A stretch of DNA of 64,000 nt from Patescibacteria group bacterium (GTDB lineage: Bacteria; Patescibacteriota; Patescibacteriia; UBA9934; GWF2-40-263): positions 5,924-69,923 of the forward strand of contig JBBTRQ010000011.1 of assembly GCA_038065075.1 (NCBI GenBank), in the 5' to 3' direction. Of this stretch, positions 34,071 to 44,579 are shown one piece after another; the first letter of the stretch is position 1; every line of letters starts with the position of its first letter. The notes under the pieces were generated by a model. The model worked only from the letters and a program-made list of their open reading frames with translations, was not told the origin of the DNA and made no database searches. A program made the translations under genes and the position numbers.

Positions 34071-36218
34071 CTAGTTCAACGACTCAATAAACGCATCGGC
34101 CTGCTTCGCCATGCTGGGGTCGAGTTCCTTGAGACGTGTGGCCGCATCGATGGCCTCTTGGGTTTGACCGACGGTGGCATAGGTGGCAGCGAGGTTGGCC
34201 AGCAAGGACGGATCCTCTGGATTTTCCTCTAGCCATGCCTCATAGAGCTCGATAATCTTTCCGTATTCTTGTTGGGCGAGGAGCAATTCCGCGATCCATG
34301 ACACCTGCTCCTTAGAAGCCACCTGGATGTCTCCCAACGTTCCTCGATATCCATACTTCGCGGTTAAGGCCAGGTCGCCCTCTTTGAACGCGATTTCAGA
34401 CAAGATTAAGTAGAGGCTAGGCGTGTCTGGGTATGAGGCCACGAGAGATTCGACGAGTACCTTGGCCTGCGCGACATCGCCGTTGCGCAGGAAGATAAGG
34501 GCAAGAACTCGTTTGGGTTCAAATCGCGCCGGGGCGAGTTCGATGGCGCGTTGAGCCGCGTCCAACCCTTCTTGTACCACAGGGGCATCTTGAAGAGTTG
34601 CCTTGAGGTAATAGAGAAAGCCCAGATCGCTCCACACACGCGCTCGAAATGGATGACGACTCGTGCTGAGTTGATGTTGACGGATCGCTTCATCGACAAC
34701 CTCCTCCTCAAGCGTCGAGGACTTCACAAAGGACTGAACGAGCAAGACATACTTGTTCGCGATGAGGGTGTCGTCCAGGACGATGTTTTGTGAGGCGGCG
34801 GCTTGATAGGACGCACGGGCGGTTTGAGGGTCGTCTTCTAGAAAGCGTTGGCCAGTTCCGATCGTGTAGGCAAGAGTATGGTAGGGGAGGACGAAGGTAA
34901 TGATTCCAACCAGAGCCACCGTGCATCCGACAAAAAAGGCTGGTGTGGAACCATGCGAAGGATGAGTGACGTGTTTTTGTGTGAGCTCGGGTGTGGCACT
35001 GATAAGGGCGATCAAAAAAAGGAACGTCAGCAGTTCACTAAACGTATGGAAGACAAATTGGCCCTGGATCACGTAGGCGGTAAGTCCGGCCAAAAGGATG
35101 AGAGATTGGGTCGTGCGGAGACGCAAGCCCTGTCGATACAGAAGAACCAGCAGAGCCAGGTAGAGGCCAAAGCCGATAAGGCCTGTGGTGGTGAGCCATT
35201 CGATGGCGATGTTGTGAGGCTTGTCCGGCCAGGTCGTTGAGCTGTCGTAGGTTTCTTCTGTGAACAACTGGTCGGCGATGCGATAAAAATTTCCCGGTCC
35301 CAACCCAAGGACAGGTGCTTGTTGCCATCCTCGCAAGCCCATCTCCCAGTAGGCCAAACGCGAGAGCACGTTGGTATCACCCACTTGGACGAGACGGGAC
35401 AAACCGGTTTGTTCAGGAGCGAACGTCACGACCGCAAAAAGAAGCGCGACGCCGATGGCGACCACCGCAAGGGATTTTGTGAGGAAGGGTTTGAGAGAGG
35501 TCCGATGCGTGGTGATGTGAGAGACAAACCAGAACAGACCGCCTGCCAGAAGCCCAACGAACGCTCCGCGCGTTCCCGAGAGGAGGATCGCTCCCATCAT
35601 GATTGTGCTTGCGAGGCGATACAGGGTTTTGTGTTTCTTCGCGCCGTCAGACGCACGCGCGAGACTCAAGAAAAGCGGGAGAATGAGAAAGCTCGACAAG
35701 AAGATGGGGTTTCCCAGAACACTTGCCACGCGACCTTCTTGGCTCACAAATGAAGGAAAGAGCCAGCCTTCAAACAGCGCATAGAACGCGATGAGCGTGG
35801 CAACGCCAATGAGGATGTTCGTGTACGTTCGTTTCCATCGCTCCTGATGGGTGAAGAGTTCGTAGAGGTACAAGACGACCAGAAATCCATGAATGAAGAG
35901 AACCACACTCACAGGACGCTGGAGGGTCCCCAAAAAACTGTTGAGCGGATCGATGCCTAAGAGGGAGGAAAGAATCAGGGTGAGAATGAACGCGGCAAAC
36001 GTCAGGATAATCGGTTGTCGAAATACGGACCAAGGTTCTTTTTTTTGAAAGAGGATGGCTAAGTAACAAGGGAGAGCCAGGAGCGTCAGCAGAAGGAAGG
36101 CGATGACTTTCGCGGTACTCATCGCTTGGATGTAGGACGGAAAAAATAGGATGGGAGTGACCAGAATGAGGCCGCAGAGTACGCCCAGGATCGTGTAGAG
36201 ACGTTTGGTGGTAAACAT
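34071..36218 (-). CDS. O-antigen ligase/polymerase-like (Wzy_C) polytopic membrane protein with C-terminal TPR repeats
   Basis: ~10 TM helices, Wzy_C-type periplasmic loop, C-terminal TPR region. The first ATG (MFTTKRLYT) at 36218 avoids overlap with the upstream gene. Paralogous to 57928, 59889 and 61859. Confidence 0.75.
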   Translation of the reverse strand: MFTTKRLYTILGVLCGLILVTPILFFPSYIQAMSTAKVIAFLLLTLLALPCYLAILFQKKEPWSVFRQPIILTFAAFILTLILSSLLGIDPLNSFLGTLQRPVSVVLFIHGFLVVLYLYELFTHQERWKRTYTNILIGVATLIAFYALFEGWLFPSFVSQEGRVASVLGNPIFLSSFLILPLFLSLARASDGAKKHKTLYRLASTIMMGAILLSGTRGAFVGLLAGGLFWFVSHITTHRTSLKPFLTKSLAVVAIGVALLFAVVTFAPEQTGLSRLVQVGDTNVLSRLAYWEMGLRGWQQAPVLGLGPGNFYRIADQLFTEETYDSSTTWPDKPHNIAIEWLTTTGLIGFGLYLALLVLLYRQGLRLRTTQSLILLAGLTAYVIQGQFVFHTFSELLTFLFLIALISATPELTQKHVTHPSHGSTPAFFVGCTVALVGIITFVLPYHTLAYTIGTGQRFLEDDPQTARASYQAAASQNIVLDDTLIANKYVLLVQSFVKSSTLEEEVVDEAIRQHQLSTSRHPFRARVWSDLGFLYYLKATLQDAPVVQEGLDAAQRAIELAPARFEPKRVLALIFLRNGDVAQAKVLVESLVASYPDTPSLYLILSEIAFKEGDLALTAKYGYRGTLGDIQVASKEQVSWIAELLLAQQEYGKIIELYEAWLEENPEDPSLLANLAATYATVGQTQEAIDAATRLKELDPSMAKQADAFIESLN

Positions 36219-36225
36219 AGGCGGG

Positions 36226-37158
36226 TTATCTGAGCGAATGATGGGCGTAGATTTTTTGGCCGAACACATGGACGCGTGCCCATCGAACGATCGAGAGTGG
36301 AAGGATGGAGGCGATGAAGGGTTTGAGAAGATAGATCGCGTTCCAGAGTGGATAGTCGCCTCGACGCAGAGCGCTCACGCGAGCACGTACGGCACAGCGT
36401 AGTTGTGCCCGCTCGCTCGCAAAGGAGATCATGTTTTTGACCAGACGTTTTTGCATGAGAACTTCAGGTAGGTTGGCCATGCGGCTTGTGCGTGAGAGCC
36501 TAAGCCAGAGATCGTAGTCTTGGGCGCGACGGTAGGATTCATCGTAGCCGTGCACGCGATCTAGCGTTGTGCGGCGTATCATCACGGAGCTGTGGAGCAG
36601 GGGATTGGTGCGCGGGAGCGTGCGGTGGATGTCATCGGGGTCGGTGATGACGTGTGGGCGGCCGATGACTCTGTCGTCTTCGTCGATCCACTCGTAGGCT
36701 GTTCCTACGACGTCGATGTCTGGATGTGTTTCTAGGAACGCGACTTGTTTCTCGAGTCGGTGAGGGAGGGCCACGTCATCCGCGTCCATGCGGGCGATGA
36801 AGTTGCCGCGCGCTTGTGCAAGGGCGATGTTGAGCGATTTCGTGAGCCCGAGGTTTGTGGGGTTGGTGATGACGCGGATATGGACATCTTGCGCGGCGAG
36901 CTCGCGCAGGATCTCCGACGTTGCGTCTGTTGAGGCGTCATCGATGATCAAGAATTCAAAATCACGGAAGGTCTGGTTCAGGAGGCTCTCGACCGCCTGG
37001 TGCACGAATCGCTCGGCATTATGGACGGATAGAAGGATGGAAATTTTTATGCGCGTGTTCACATGGGGATGGCTCAGATTGATGGAAAGATTAGTTGCAA
37101 GATACGATTCAATCTTTTTTTGAAAACATACAGGAGATGTCTTGTCTGATGTTTCCAT
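36226..37158 (-). CDS. Glycosyltransferase family 2
   Basis: ISILLSVHNAERFVHQAVESLLNQTFRDFEFLIIDDASTD (GT2 DxD region). The ATG at 37158 overlaps the upstream MTase by 85 nt, so a GTG at ~37062 is an alternative start. Confidence 0.8.
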   Translation of the reverse strand: METSDKTSPVCFQKKIESYLATNLSINLSHPHVNTRIKISILLSVHNAERFVHQAVESLLNQTFRDFEFLIIDDASTDATSEILRELAAQDVHIRVITNPTNLGLTKSLNIALAQARGNFIARMDADDVALPHRLEKQVAFLETHPDIDVVGTAYEWIDEDDRVIGRPHVITDPDDIHRTLPRTNPLLHSSVMIRRTTLDRVHGYDESYRRAQDYDLWLRLSRTSRMANLPEVLMQKRLVKNMISFASERAQLRCAVRARVSALRRGDYPLWNAIYLLKPFIASILPLSIVRWARVHVFGQKIYAHHSLR

Positions 37159-37979
37159 AGGGCTGTTTTAATCTTTCTCAGGCTTTCCTTTCGAAATTCC
37201 TTATGTTCTCCCGGTTTGGCAAGGACGCTGATCCCTCTGTCGGTTACTTCTTGTATGATCGTTTGGAAGCCAGTTTTTGAAAGGAGGTTTGTGATAGTTA
37301 TTGGTGTGAACATCATCATATGAATGCTAGAGAAATAGTCAAAAATGGTTCGATCCGCTCTCATTGAGAAGATATTCGGAACCTCGATGAATAGCACGCC
37401 ATGTTGGGATAATTTCGAGTGTACAGCATTCAGGAACACGACGGGATTTGTTGTGTGTTCAATTACGTGGAGCGCGATAATGAGATTAAATGTTTCGTTT
37501 TGGAAAGTTGTTTCATTGAAGAAGCCAGTCTGAATGTCTAAGCCGAGGTTTTCTCTAGCATATTGTGAGAGGGGGAAAGAAGGCTCCACACCACGCACAT
37601 TCCAACCTTCCTCTCGTAACGAATGAAGCAAAAAACCTGATGAGCTCCCAATTTCCAGAACGCTACCCCTTTCGTTTTTGTTGAGATGTTTCTGAAGCCA
37701 TGCTGTTTTTTTTTGGGCGTCGAGTTTCGAGCACTTGAAATATTTTCCTGATGTTTCTAACTCGAATTCTCCCTGTTTGTAAAATGCGTTTAATGACAGG
37801 TGGTCTGGCTGGGGATTTTGGAAGGCGAATCCACAATATTCGCACGAGACGTATTGGATATCAGCGCAGGCGATTTTTTTTATGTATCGATCTTTTTTGT
37901 GTCGTAATAATCGGCGTTGTTGTTTTGAATAACAGATCGGACAAGGCAAGTCTGTGTTCGTAGCTGGTTCAGCACACAT
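37074..37979 (-). CDS. Class I SAM-dependent methyltransferase with N-terminal Cys4 zinc-ribbon (sugar C-/O-methyltransferase-like, TcaB9-type N-domain)
   Basis: CPICYSKQQ...CEYCGFAF zinc ribbon. MTase motif I VLEIGSSSGFLLHSLREEGWNVRGVEPS. Confidence 0.7.
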   Translation of the reverse strand: MCAEPATNTDLPCPICYSKQQRRLLRHKKDRYIKKIACADIQYVSCEYCGFAFQNPQPDHLSLNAFYKQGEFELETSGKYFKCSKLDAQKKTAWLQKHLNKNERGSVLEIGSSSGFLLHSLREEGWNVRGVEPSFPLSQYARENLGLDIQTGFFNETTFQNETFNLIIALHVIEHTTNPVVFLNAVHSKLSQHGVLFIEVPNIFSMRADRTIFDYFSSIHMMMFTPITITNLLSKTGFQTIIQEVTDRGISVLAKPGEHKEFRKESLRKIKTALWKHQTRHLLYVFKKRLNRILQLIFPSI

Positions 37980-38098
37980 AGCTATTTTTGATTTCTCTTA
38001 GGAAGCAATAGAGATCCGTGGTGATTTAGGCTCCTTCCCGCTGTAGCTCTTTTTCACCTGAAGACGGACATGATGACAGAGATCGTCATGGCAGAATA

Positions 38099-39076
38099 TC
38101 AGATGATTTTGTTCACTCGCACACGTTCGCGCCACCTTACAAACGTCTTACTCAGCCAAGGAATACACATCTTCATGAGCACACGCATCGGGATACTATT
38201 CGCAATATACTTATAGAGAAATGCATCTCGATCATGCTGTCGTTTGTAGTTTTGAATGATTTTTTGGATGGTTTCGTGGTTGTCAGTTTGTGTCAATGTG
38301 TGTGGTTCAGTCATGCGGGCGAGGACGCAGATGCCTCGCGGAACGTGCCCTTGTGCCACGACGCGGAATCCGTGCTTAGCCAGAAGTCGGGTCAGAGACG
38401 TCTGGGAGAACGTATAGAGATGGGGTGCGGCAAAGTACGACGTATAGAACGCACTTTTGGGATGATAGATATCGGGAACTTCAACATAGAGATATCCGTC
38501 TGGACGCAGTACTTCGCGGATATCGGTGAGGATCTCTCCGGGATTTTCCAGGTGCTCGAGCGTGTGCAGGAGCGTGACCAGGTTAAACGTCTGGTCAGGA
38601 AAGGTGCCTTTTTGAAACAGTTGTATATGGATTTGTTCAAGATCGTAGTGCTTGCGCGCGATGTCGCTCATGTTCTTGGAGGGCTCTACGCCATGTCCTT
38701 CCCAACCCGCTTGGACAAAGAGTGACAGAAACGCACCGGTGTTACTTCCAATGTCGAGGACAGTGAATCCTGGCGATGGCTGTCGCACGGGAATCTGCCC
38801 GGCGATCCAATTAAATGACTGCGAGGCGTACTCATCCTTTTTCTGAATATATTTATCTGAGACGTTCTGCTCCGCGCGGTCGTAGTAATCGCGTGAATAC
38901 AGCGATTCGATTTCGTGCGATTCCAACTTCGGGTTTTGATACACAAATCCACAGTTCGTACAGATGTCGTAACATGTGTGTGTTGACCCGATCCGTTTTC
39001 CGAATGGGTCTTGGGTGTTCGTAAGAAGTCTCTCGCGCTGAGATCCCTCGCACAGTAAGCAAGTAACGTGTTTCAT
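38099..39076 (-). CDS. Zn-ribbon class I SAM methyltransferase (paralog 2)
   Basis: CLLCEGSQRE...CTNCGFVYQNP. VLDIGSNTGAFLSLFVQAGWEGHGVEPS. Confidence 0.7.
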   Translation of the reverse strand: MKHVTCLLCEGSQRERLLTNTQDPFGKRIGSTHTCYDICTNCGFVYQNPKLESHEIESLYSRDYYDRAEQNVSDKYIQKKDEYASQSFNWIAGQIPVRQPSPGFTVLDIGSNTGAFLSLFVQAGWEGHGVEPSKNMSDIARKHYDLEQIHIQLFQKGTFPDQTFNLVTLLHTLEHLENPGEILTDIREVLRPDGYLYVEVPDIYHPKSAFYTSYFAAPHLYTFSQTSLTRLLAKHGFRVVAQGHVPRGICVLARMTEPHTLTQTDNHETIQKIIQNYKRQHDRDAFLYKYIANSIPMRVLMKMCIPWLSKTFVRWRERVRVNKII

Positions 39077-40035
39077 AGCTCAGTTTTTGCGATTACATGC
39101 AGGTTATCCCCATAGCCAATCCAGTCGAGCAGACGGACGAGCGGTTTGAGGAGGAGATTAAGAAGGTGATGGCGACGAAGGCGACCATCCACGAGGGGAA
39201 CATGTAGGGCGTCACGCAGAAAATATTCGATGGATCCTGTCCAACCTTTCGTACTCGAGGCGGTGTAGAGATCGAGAACCTCGAAACCTTCTTCTTGAAG
39301 GAGTGTTCGCAAGGTGGAAGGGGAGAAGAGGAGGTTGTGGCGCGGAGCATCAAGGTTAAACCAGAAACTGCGAAATACTTGCGCAACCACACTCTGATTG
39401 GTTGGCATGTTTAGATACAGGATACCACCCTGTGTAAGAGCCTGTCGGGCATCTCGTAAGATTTGTCGTGGGTCCGTCAGATGTTCGAAGACTTGGTTGA
39501 GGACCACAACATCGAACGTCGGCTCCTTCCATTGCTCAGCAATCGAGAATCCTTGTCGAACATCCAGTCCCCAGCTGCGACTTTGTTCCACCATGGATTG
39601 ACTCGGCTCAAGACCAGAGACGTTCCAACCCAAGTGTTGTTGAGTGAGTAGAAATGTTCCCGCTCCACTCCCAACGTCGAGGAGCCGTTTCCCGTGCCCG
39701 AGCATTTTGAATGGCGTGTGACGGAAGAAGCCTGTTCGGCGGAACAGGCGGGAGAAGAACGAAGGATTTTGTTCCCAAGCACGCTCGCGTTCCTGCATGA
39801 GTCGAAGACGACGTGCGGTGTCCGATGGAACGCGTGGACGCTCCGCGACATGGGAGAGATACTGTGCGTCGTAGTGTTGGTCGTACGACTGAGAAGTTGT
39901 TTGCGGATGAAGGAAGGTGAGGCCGCACGTCAAACAACGATAATAGGCGTGGTGATCCAGAGGCTTGTTTCGCAGGCGGTCCTGGCAGGAGATCCATCGA
40001 CGCGCATTGGGGCTTTGGCAGGAAGGACAGATCAT
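39073..40035 (-). CDS. Zn-ribbon class I SAM methyltransferase (paralog 3)
   Basis: ICPSCQS...CLTCGLTFLHPQ. LLDVGSGAGTFLLTQQHLGWNVSGLEPS. Confidence 0.7.
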   Translation of the reverse strand: MICPSCQSPNARRWISCQDRLRNKPLDHHAYYRCLTCGLTFLHPQTTSQSYDQHYDAQYLSHVAERPRVPSDTARRLRLMQERERAWEQNPSFFSRLFRRTGFFRHTPFKMLGHGKRLLDVGSGAGTFLLTQQHLGWNVSGLEPSQSMVEQSRSWGLDVRQGFSIAEQWKEPTFDVVVLNQVFEHLTDPRQILRDARQALTQGGILYLNMPTNQSVVAQVFRSFWFNLDAPRHNLLFSPSTLRTLLQEEGFEVLDLYTASSTKGWTGSIEYFLRDALHVPLVDGRLRRHHLLNLLLKPLVRLLDWIGYGDNLHVIAKTEL

Positions 40036-41543
40036 AGGGATGTGCCGATCTCTTCCAAGGTGCTTGTCACCAAATGGACAGGATCGCTAGGGAGATTCAT
40101 GTAGTCTTTTAAGAAGGATTCCGCCTGTGCCGCGAGTTGATTGAGTACGGATGTTTGTGTGCTGGCTTCGAGTGTGTCGACGAGTTCGGAAATGGTATGA
40201 GCTCCAAGCCCGGCGCCTTGCGTGACCATTTCCATGTCCTGAATGCCATCGATGTTCAAAAGGATAACAGGAGTTTTCAAACGTGTCGCCTCTACGTGCA
40301 AGGTGGAGGAAGAGGTCACGAGGACCTCGCTCACTTGGATGAGATCGTACACGGTTTCTTTTGCTGAACGGATGAACACGTGTTCGTTTTCCTTGAGTCC
40401 AACCTGCGCAAGGAGTGCCTGATAAAAACCTGGAGTCGTATATGGACTCTTGGCTGGGTGAGGGGTGATGACGAGTTTGGTAGTCGGATGTTTTGCTTGG
40501 TGTTGGATAAATGCTTCAAGCATCATCCGCGCGAGAGCGGAATTTTTTTCACGGTCGAAATGCTGTCCAGAAAACAAGATGAACCCTCCTTCGGGAAGGG
40601 AGAAGCGCGAGCGAATTTCCTCCGGGCTCAAAGCAAGTGTGGGGTTGATCGAAGAAAGAGCAGGAGATCCCGTGACCCAGATGCGTTCCGGTTGTACTTT
40701 GTGCGCGAGGAAGTAACGTTTCGCGGCCTCGCCCCAGACGCATAGCCGGGAGGCAATCGAAGGTGTATTGACGACGAGATTTTTGACGGTCTCATTGGTG
40801 ACGCCGTGTTGGATCAGAATGGTTGGGATCTGACGCATGTTCGCCCGGGTGAACACACATCGTTCCATCGGGTGCATTTCCGTGGCGGATACAATGACTT
40901 GTTTCTGGTGGAGTCGGGTTCGCAATCGGGCGTTCAATGCGAGAAAGCGTGGAGCATGGAAGAAGAGGGTCGAGAGAGATAGGAGAATGTCTGCTCGCTG
41001 AGGAGAAACAAGCAAAGGCACGCTCGTTCGCCAGAGCATGGAAGCAAGCCGAATAATCTCGGAGAGATTGAGATGTGCTTGCCCGATATTTTCACATCGC
41101 CACGATGGGTACTGCGCGTGCAAGGCGACTCGTGCAGCTTCATCGAATGTCCAAATGGTAATGGTTTCCCCGCGGGTGTGCAGAGCTTCCATTACAGGCT
41201 GGAGGTGTTTGGCGATGGCTCCGTGGGGGACGGATTTTGCCATCAAAAAAACGTACTCACGGCCAGGAGGTTGTGGGGATTCCGCTTCGCGCGATCCCCA
41301 CAAACGCACACAGGCTTCGGTGCAGGAGATCATTGCTCGCAGGAGTGTTCCCCACGAGCCAGTCTGTTTATCATCGTCTTGCTTAGACAAAAAAACCGGC
41401 AGTCTCAGCAGGTGTCCAAAAGAGATGCCGTCGATGTCGGTGAGGTCCTTTCCGTCCGAGAGAAACCAGTGGTCCGCGAACTCACGACTCCTGGAGTCGC
41501 TCGCGTGTCGGGCGGATGCGTCAAAGGAGTTCGTGGCAGACAT
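40032..41543 (-). CDS. Hypothetical GT-B-fold-like transferase (possible TagB/TagF-type glycerophosphotransferase or capsule polysaccharide biosynthesis protein)
   Basis: 503 aa. Rossmann-like C-terminal half with VITPHPAKSP (HP motif as in TagF-family). No strong match otherwise. Confidence 0.35.
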   Translation of the reverse strand: MSATNSFDASARHASDSRSREFADHWFLSDGKDLTDIDGISFGHLLRLPVFLSKQDDDKQTGSWGTLLRAMISCTEACVRLWGSREAESPQPPGREYVFLMAKSVPHGAIAKHLQPVMEALHTRGETITIWTFDEAARVALHAQYPSWRCENIGQAHLNLSEIIRLASMLWRTSVPLLVSPQRADILLSLSTLFFHAPRFLALNARLRTRLHQKQVIVSATEMHPMERCVFTRANMRQIPTILIQHGVTNETVKNLVVNTPSIASRLCVWGEAAKRYFLAHKVQPERIWVTGSPALSSINPTLALSPEEIRSRFSLPEGGFILFSGQHFDREKNSALARMMLEAFIQHQAKHPTTKLVITPHPAKSPYTTPGFYQALLAQVGLKENEHVFIRSAKETVYDLIQVSEVLVTSSSTLHVEATRLKTPVILLNIDGIQDMEMVTQGAGLGAHTISELVDTLEASTQTSVLNQLAAQAESFLKDYMNLPSDPVHLVTSTLEEIGTSL

Positions 41544-41548
41544 AGTGC

Positions 41549-42250
41549 TTAGGGATGGATGTATCGATCACTCCACTCAGACAAGATGAGCTCCGCCAAT
41601 CGGAGTTCGTCGCGGGTATGGATATCGACCGTCATGTTGAGGTCGTCGAATTCATGAATCAAGATGTTTGGACCGAGGCGCTCGCCGCGAGCCATGAATG
41701 CGGCTCGTGTGCAGGTGATAAGACCACTATAGCAGATGTAGATTTGGTCGGGTTTGAGTTGTCGAACCGTGAATCCACTGTCGAGACGCTCCAAACCATG
41801 TTCGGTTTTTTTCCAAACAGACTTGTGTTCGTGCACACCGCTGATGACCGAGTCATATCCGCCTTCGAGCATCGCCGTGAGAGCCTCGTCCAAAAAAGTT
41901 GGTGGGCGCACGGGGCGGGTTGGGTCGACAAAACAAATGTACTCGACAGAAGGATCTTGCTCCAAGAGCCAGGTGGTCATGTAGGCGAACGTGTCTTCAA
42001 GTCGGGTGTGGTCTTCTACAAGATGTTCAGGCAAGAGGAAGGGGACTTCGGCGCCGTAGGTAGTCGCCACGTCGGCGATCTGTTGGTCATCGGTCGCCAT
42101 CAGAACACGTCCGATGTGTTTGGATTGTTTTGCTGCCTCAATCGCATACGCCATGAGCGGGTGGCCGTTTACGGGTTGGAGATTTTTTTTGGGAAGGCCC
42201 TTGGACCCCCCTCGTGCGGGAATGATGGCAACGATGTTTGGCATACTCAT
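41549..42250 (-). CDS. Acylneuraminate cytidylyltransferase family protein (CMP-ulosonic-acid synthetase; NeuA/KdsB/PseF-like)
   Basis: [40 protein letters not shown] (CTP_transf_3 N-terminus). 233 aa. Confidence 0.8.
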   Translation of the reverse strand: MSMPNIVAIIPARGGSKGLPKKNLQPVNGHPLMAYAIEAAKQSKHIGRVLMATDDQQIADVATTYGAEVPFLLPEHLVEDHTRLEDTFAYMTTWLLEQDPSVEYICFVDPTRPVRPPTFLDEALTAMLEGGYDSVISGVHEHKSVWKKTEHGLERLDSGFTVRQLKPDQIYICYSGLITCTRAAFMARGERLGPNILIHEFDDLNMTVDIHTRDELRLAELILSEWSDRYIHP

Positions 42251-43656
42251 AGGCCGATCTCATGTCGTTTAAGAAAGAGGTGTTTGGCCACTTCTCGTTC
42301 TGAAGGTTCTTGAATGTCTAGGAGGAGCACGGTGTGATCCATCGGAATAACGGCGACAGACTCACCCAAGCGCGACCCAGCCAGAATGAAGGGAAGCTTG
42401 GTAATGCACCCAAGGCCGGTGTATCCCATCCAGAGGGGATCCTTTTCGGAACGCTTAATAAAGCCGCTGTCCTTTCGGACCAGTCTTCCTTGGTCCAGGG
42501 CCCAGATTGCTCGATACTCTTTTTTGGCGACGAAGACCGAGTCGGCTTTTTCAATGAGGGCTTTTTTTACCAGCTCGTTGAGAAGTTCTGCCGTACGGAA
42601 TACATGCGTTGCTTTCACGAACAGGACATGACTGGGTTCGAAGGAGGTTGTTTCTTGGATGTGCGTCACACTCGCTCGCAAGACTTCCTCCAGAGAGGCC
42701 GAGGGTCCATCGAAGGTTGGTGTTTGGTAGCGAAAGACCGAGAATCCAAACGTGCTTGCGAGGTCCATGGCCGCGGCGTGCTTGGTAGCAACAACGACAT
42801 GCGTGAGTAAGTTCGCCCGAGCGATCTCCCCAAACACATGATCCAAGAACGAGTGATCTAAGCCAAGAGGTTTCTCCAGGAGAAGTTCCGCGTCCGCATC
42901 AGAAAGTGGCACGACGGTCAGAATACGCTGGACTCCATCGGAGGCAAGCTGTCGATCTAGGGCGTCAACACTTATTCCTGTCGGCTCAAGTTGTTCTAAG
43001 ATCGTGACGGTGGTTTGTGCGCGACTCGTGTTGCCATATTGGTGAATGCCATGATGGTGATAGACCCGAGCCTCTGGTTCGTACACGACAACGTACCCTG
43101 CTTCCTGAACGGCTTTCGTCCAGATGCGGTCTTCGATATTGGTCGCCTCCTCGTCAAAAGGAATTCGATCCCAGATATCTCGACGGATGATCGAGTTTGC
43201 GTTGTGAAAAAAGCTATCTTTGCGCTGGATTTTTTTCTCCGGTCCAAACGTAATAATGAGGTCGCGCTTATCAAACGGCGAGGACTCTGGGAGGGGAAGC
43301 TGGCGGCCGTAGACTCCAGCGATCTGTGGGTCCTCCGAGATGGTGCGAACCAATGTCTCAAGCCAAATGGAGTCTGTGGGTACGGCGTGCGCGGAAAGAA
43401 GGACGAGTAGTTCGCCATGGGAGGCACGGATTCCCGCGTTTAACGAAGCTCCCGGGCGATAGGGAGAAGCGTCGTATGGAAGAATTGTGCACGGAAAATT
43501 TTTGACGAGCTCGAGGGTCCGATCTGTGGAGCCGGAGTCAACGACAAGAATCTCGTAGTTTCGATACGTCTGGGATTCAATCGCACTTAACGTACGTGCC
43601 ACCCAGTCTTCCTCGTTTTTTGTTCGGATGATGATCGAAACCAGAGGTTGGCTCAT
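42247..43656 (-). CDS. Glycosyltransferase family 2 with C-terminal nucleotidyltransferase-like domain
   Basis: [40 protein letters not shown] (GT2). C-terminal ~200 aa ([10 protein letters not shown]...HVVVATKH...) resembles a cytidylyltransferase fold. Confidence 0.65.
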   Translation of the reverse strand: MSQPLVSIIIRTKNEEDWVARTLSAIESQTYRNYEILVVDSGSTDRTLELVKNFPCTILPYDASPYRPGASLNAGIRASHGELLVLLSAHAVPTDSIWLETLVRTISEDPQIAGVYGRQLPLPESSPFDKRDLIITFGPEKKIQRKDSFFHNANSIIRRDIWDRIPFDEEATNIEDRIWTKAVQEAGYVVVYEPEARVYHHHGIHQYGNTSRAQTTVTILEQLEPTGISVDALDRQLASDGVQRILTVVPLSDADAELLLEKPLGLDHSFLDHVFGEIARANLLTHVVVATKHAAAMDLASTFGFSVFRYQTPTFDGPSASLEEVLRASVTHIQETTSFEPSHVLFVKATHVFRTAELLNELVKKALIEKADSVFVAKKEYRAIWALDQGRLVRKDSGFIKRSEKDPLWMGYTGLGCITKLPFILAGSRLGESVAVIPMDHTVLLLDIQEPSEREVAKHLFLKRHEIGL

Positions 43657-44579
43657 AGCGTTCTTCCAACGGCTGGGGCGATGGTTCGAAGATCAGTCAT
43701 CAACTGACCGAACATCTCGAAGTTGAGAGCTTGGAGCGGATCAACCCAGGCATGTTCTGGATCCGGGTGGACGTCGATCAGGAGGCCATCCGCTCCGGCG
43801 GCAATGGCGGCTCGACTCATGGCGCAGACATAGGAACGCTTGAAGGTTGAATGGCTTGGATCGGCAATAACCGGAATGGTTGGAGCGTACTCATTGAGCG
43901 CCACAATGGCCTGGATGTCCAAGATCGCTCGTGAGGAGACATTGTGCGTATGAGGAACCGCCACGCCGCGCTCGCAGATGACGAGGTTCTTTTTTCCACG
44001 AGCATAAAAATGTTCCACCATGCCAAGAAGGCTGCGAATGGATTCGCCGGCGTGGCGTTTGAGCAAAACCGGTTTGTCGCTTTCACACAGTCGGTAAAGG
44101 AGATCCATGTTAAACATGGATCGATAACCAACTTGGTACATGTCGGCGTACGGCTCCATGAGATCGATCGCTTCGGCAAAAGTTGGTTCTGAGACGATGG
44201 GAAGCCCGACGGATTTTCCAGCCTCGGCGAAATAGACAAATCGAGGTTCGGCCCGCTCAAGAACTTCCTTTTTGGAGAGGATGCGGGTTCGAGGCAAATC
44301 TTCACCGCCACTTCCTGCGTCAGAAAGGAGGAGGGGATCGCCGTAGGGGAAGGTGAGTGGTTTGAAGACGCCTCCGCGCAGGAGCGTGGCACCGGCAGCT
44401 TTCACCGCCTGAGCAATCGCGAAAACTTGGTCGCGACTTTCCACCGTGCAAGGACCGGCCATGACGCTTAGCGTCTTTCCACCCACTTCGGTATTTCCGA
44501 CTTGCACCGGACGTTTCTCACCCGCGACACTGCACAGGGGGATGTTATTTTTCAGGTCATTCTCACTCAAGTCTTTCAT
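43653..44579 (-). CDS. DAH7PS/KDO8PS-family (type Iβ) PEP-utilising aldolase with an altered phosphate-binding motif
   Basis: [27 protein letters not shown] (vs canonical KPRTSPYSFQG), [58 protein letters not shown]. Aligns along its length to P. furiosus/T. maritima DAH7PS, with a ~20-aa insertion after the KPxT motif. Confidence 0.8.
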   Translation of the reverse strand: MKDLSENDLKNNIPLCSVAGEKRPVQVGNTEVGGKTLSVMAGPCTVESRDQVFAIAQAVKAAGATLLRGGVFKPLTFPYGDPLLLSDAGSGGEDLPRTRILSKKEVLERAEPRFVYFAEAGKSVGLPIVSEPTFAEAIDLMEPYADMYQVGYRSMFNMDLLYRLCESDKPVLLKRHAGESIRSLLGMVEHFYARGKKNLVICERGVAVPHTHNVSSRAILDIQAIVALNEYAPTIPVIADPSHSTFKRSYVCAMSRAAIAAGADGLLIDVHPDPEHAWVDPLQALNFEMFGQLMTDLRTIAPAVGRTL

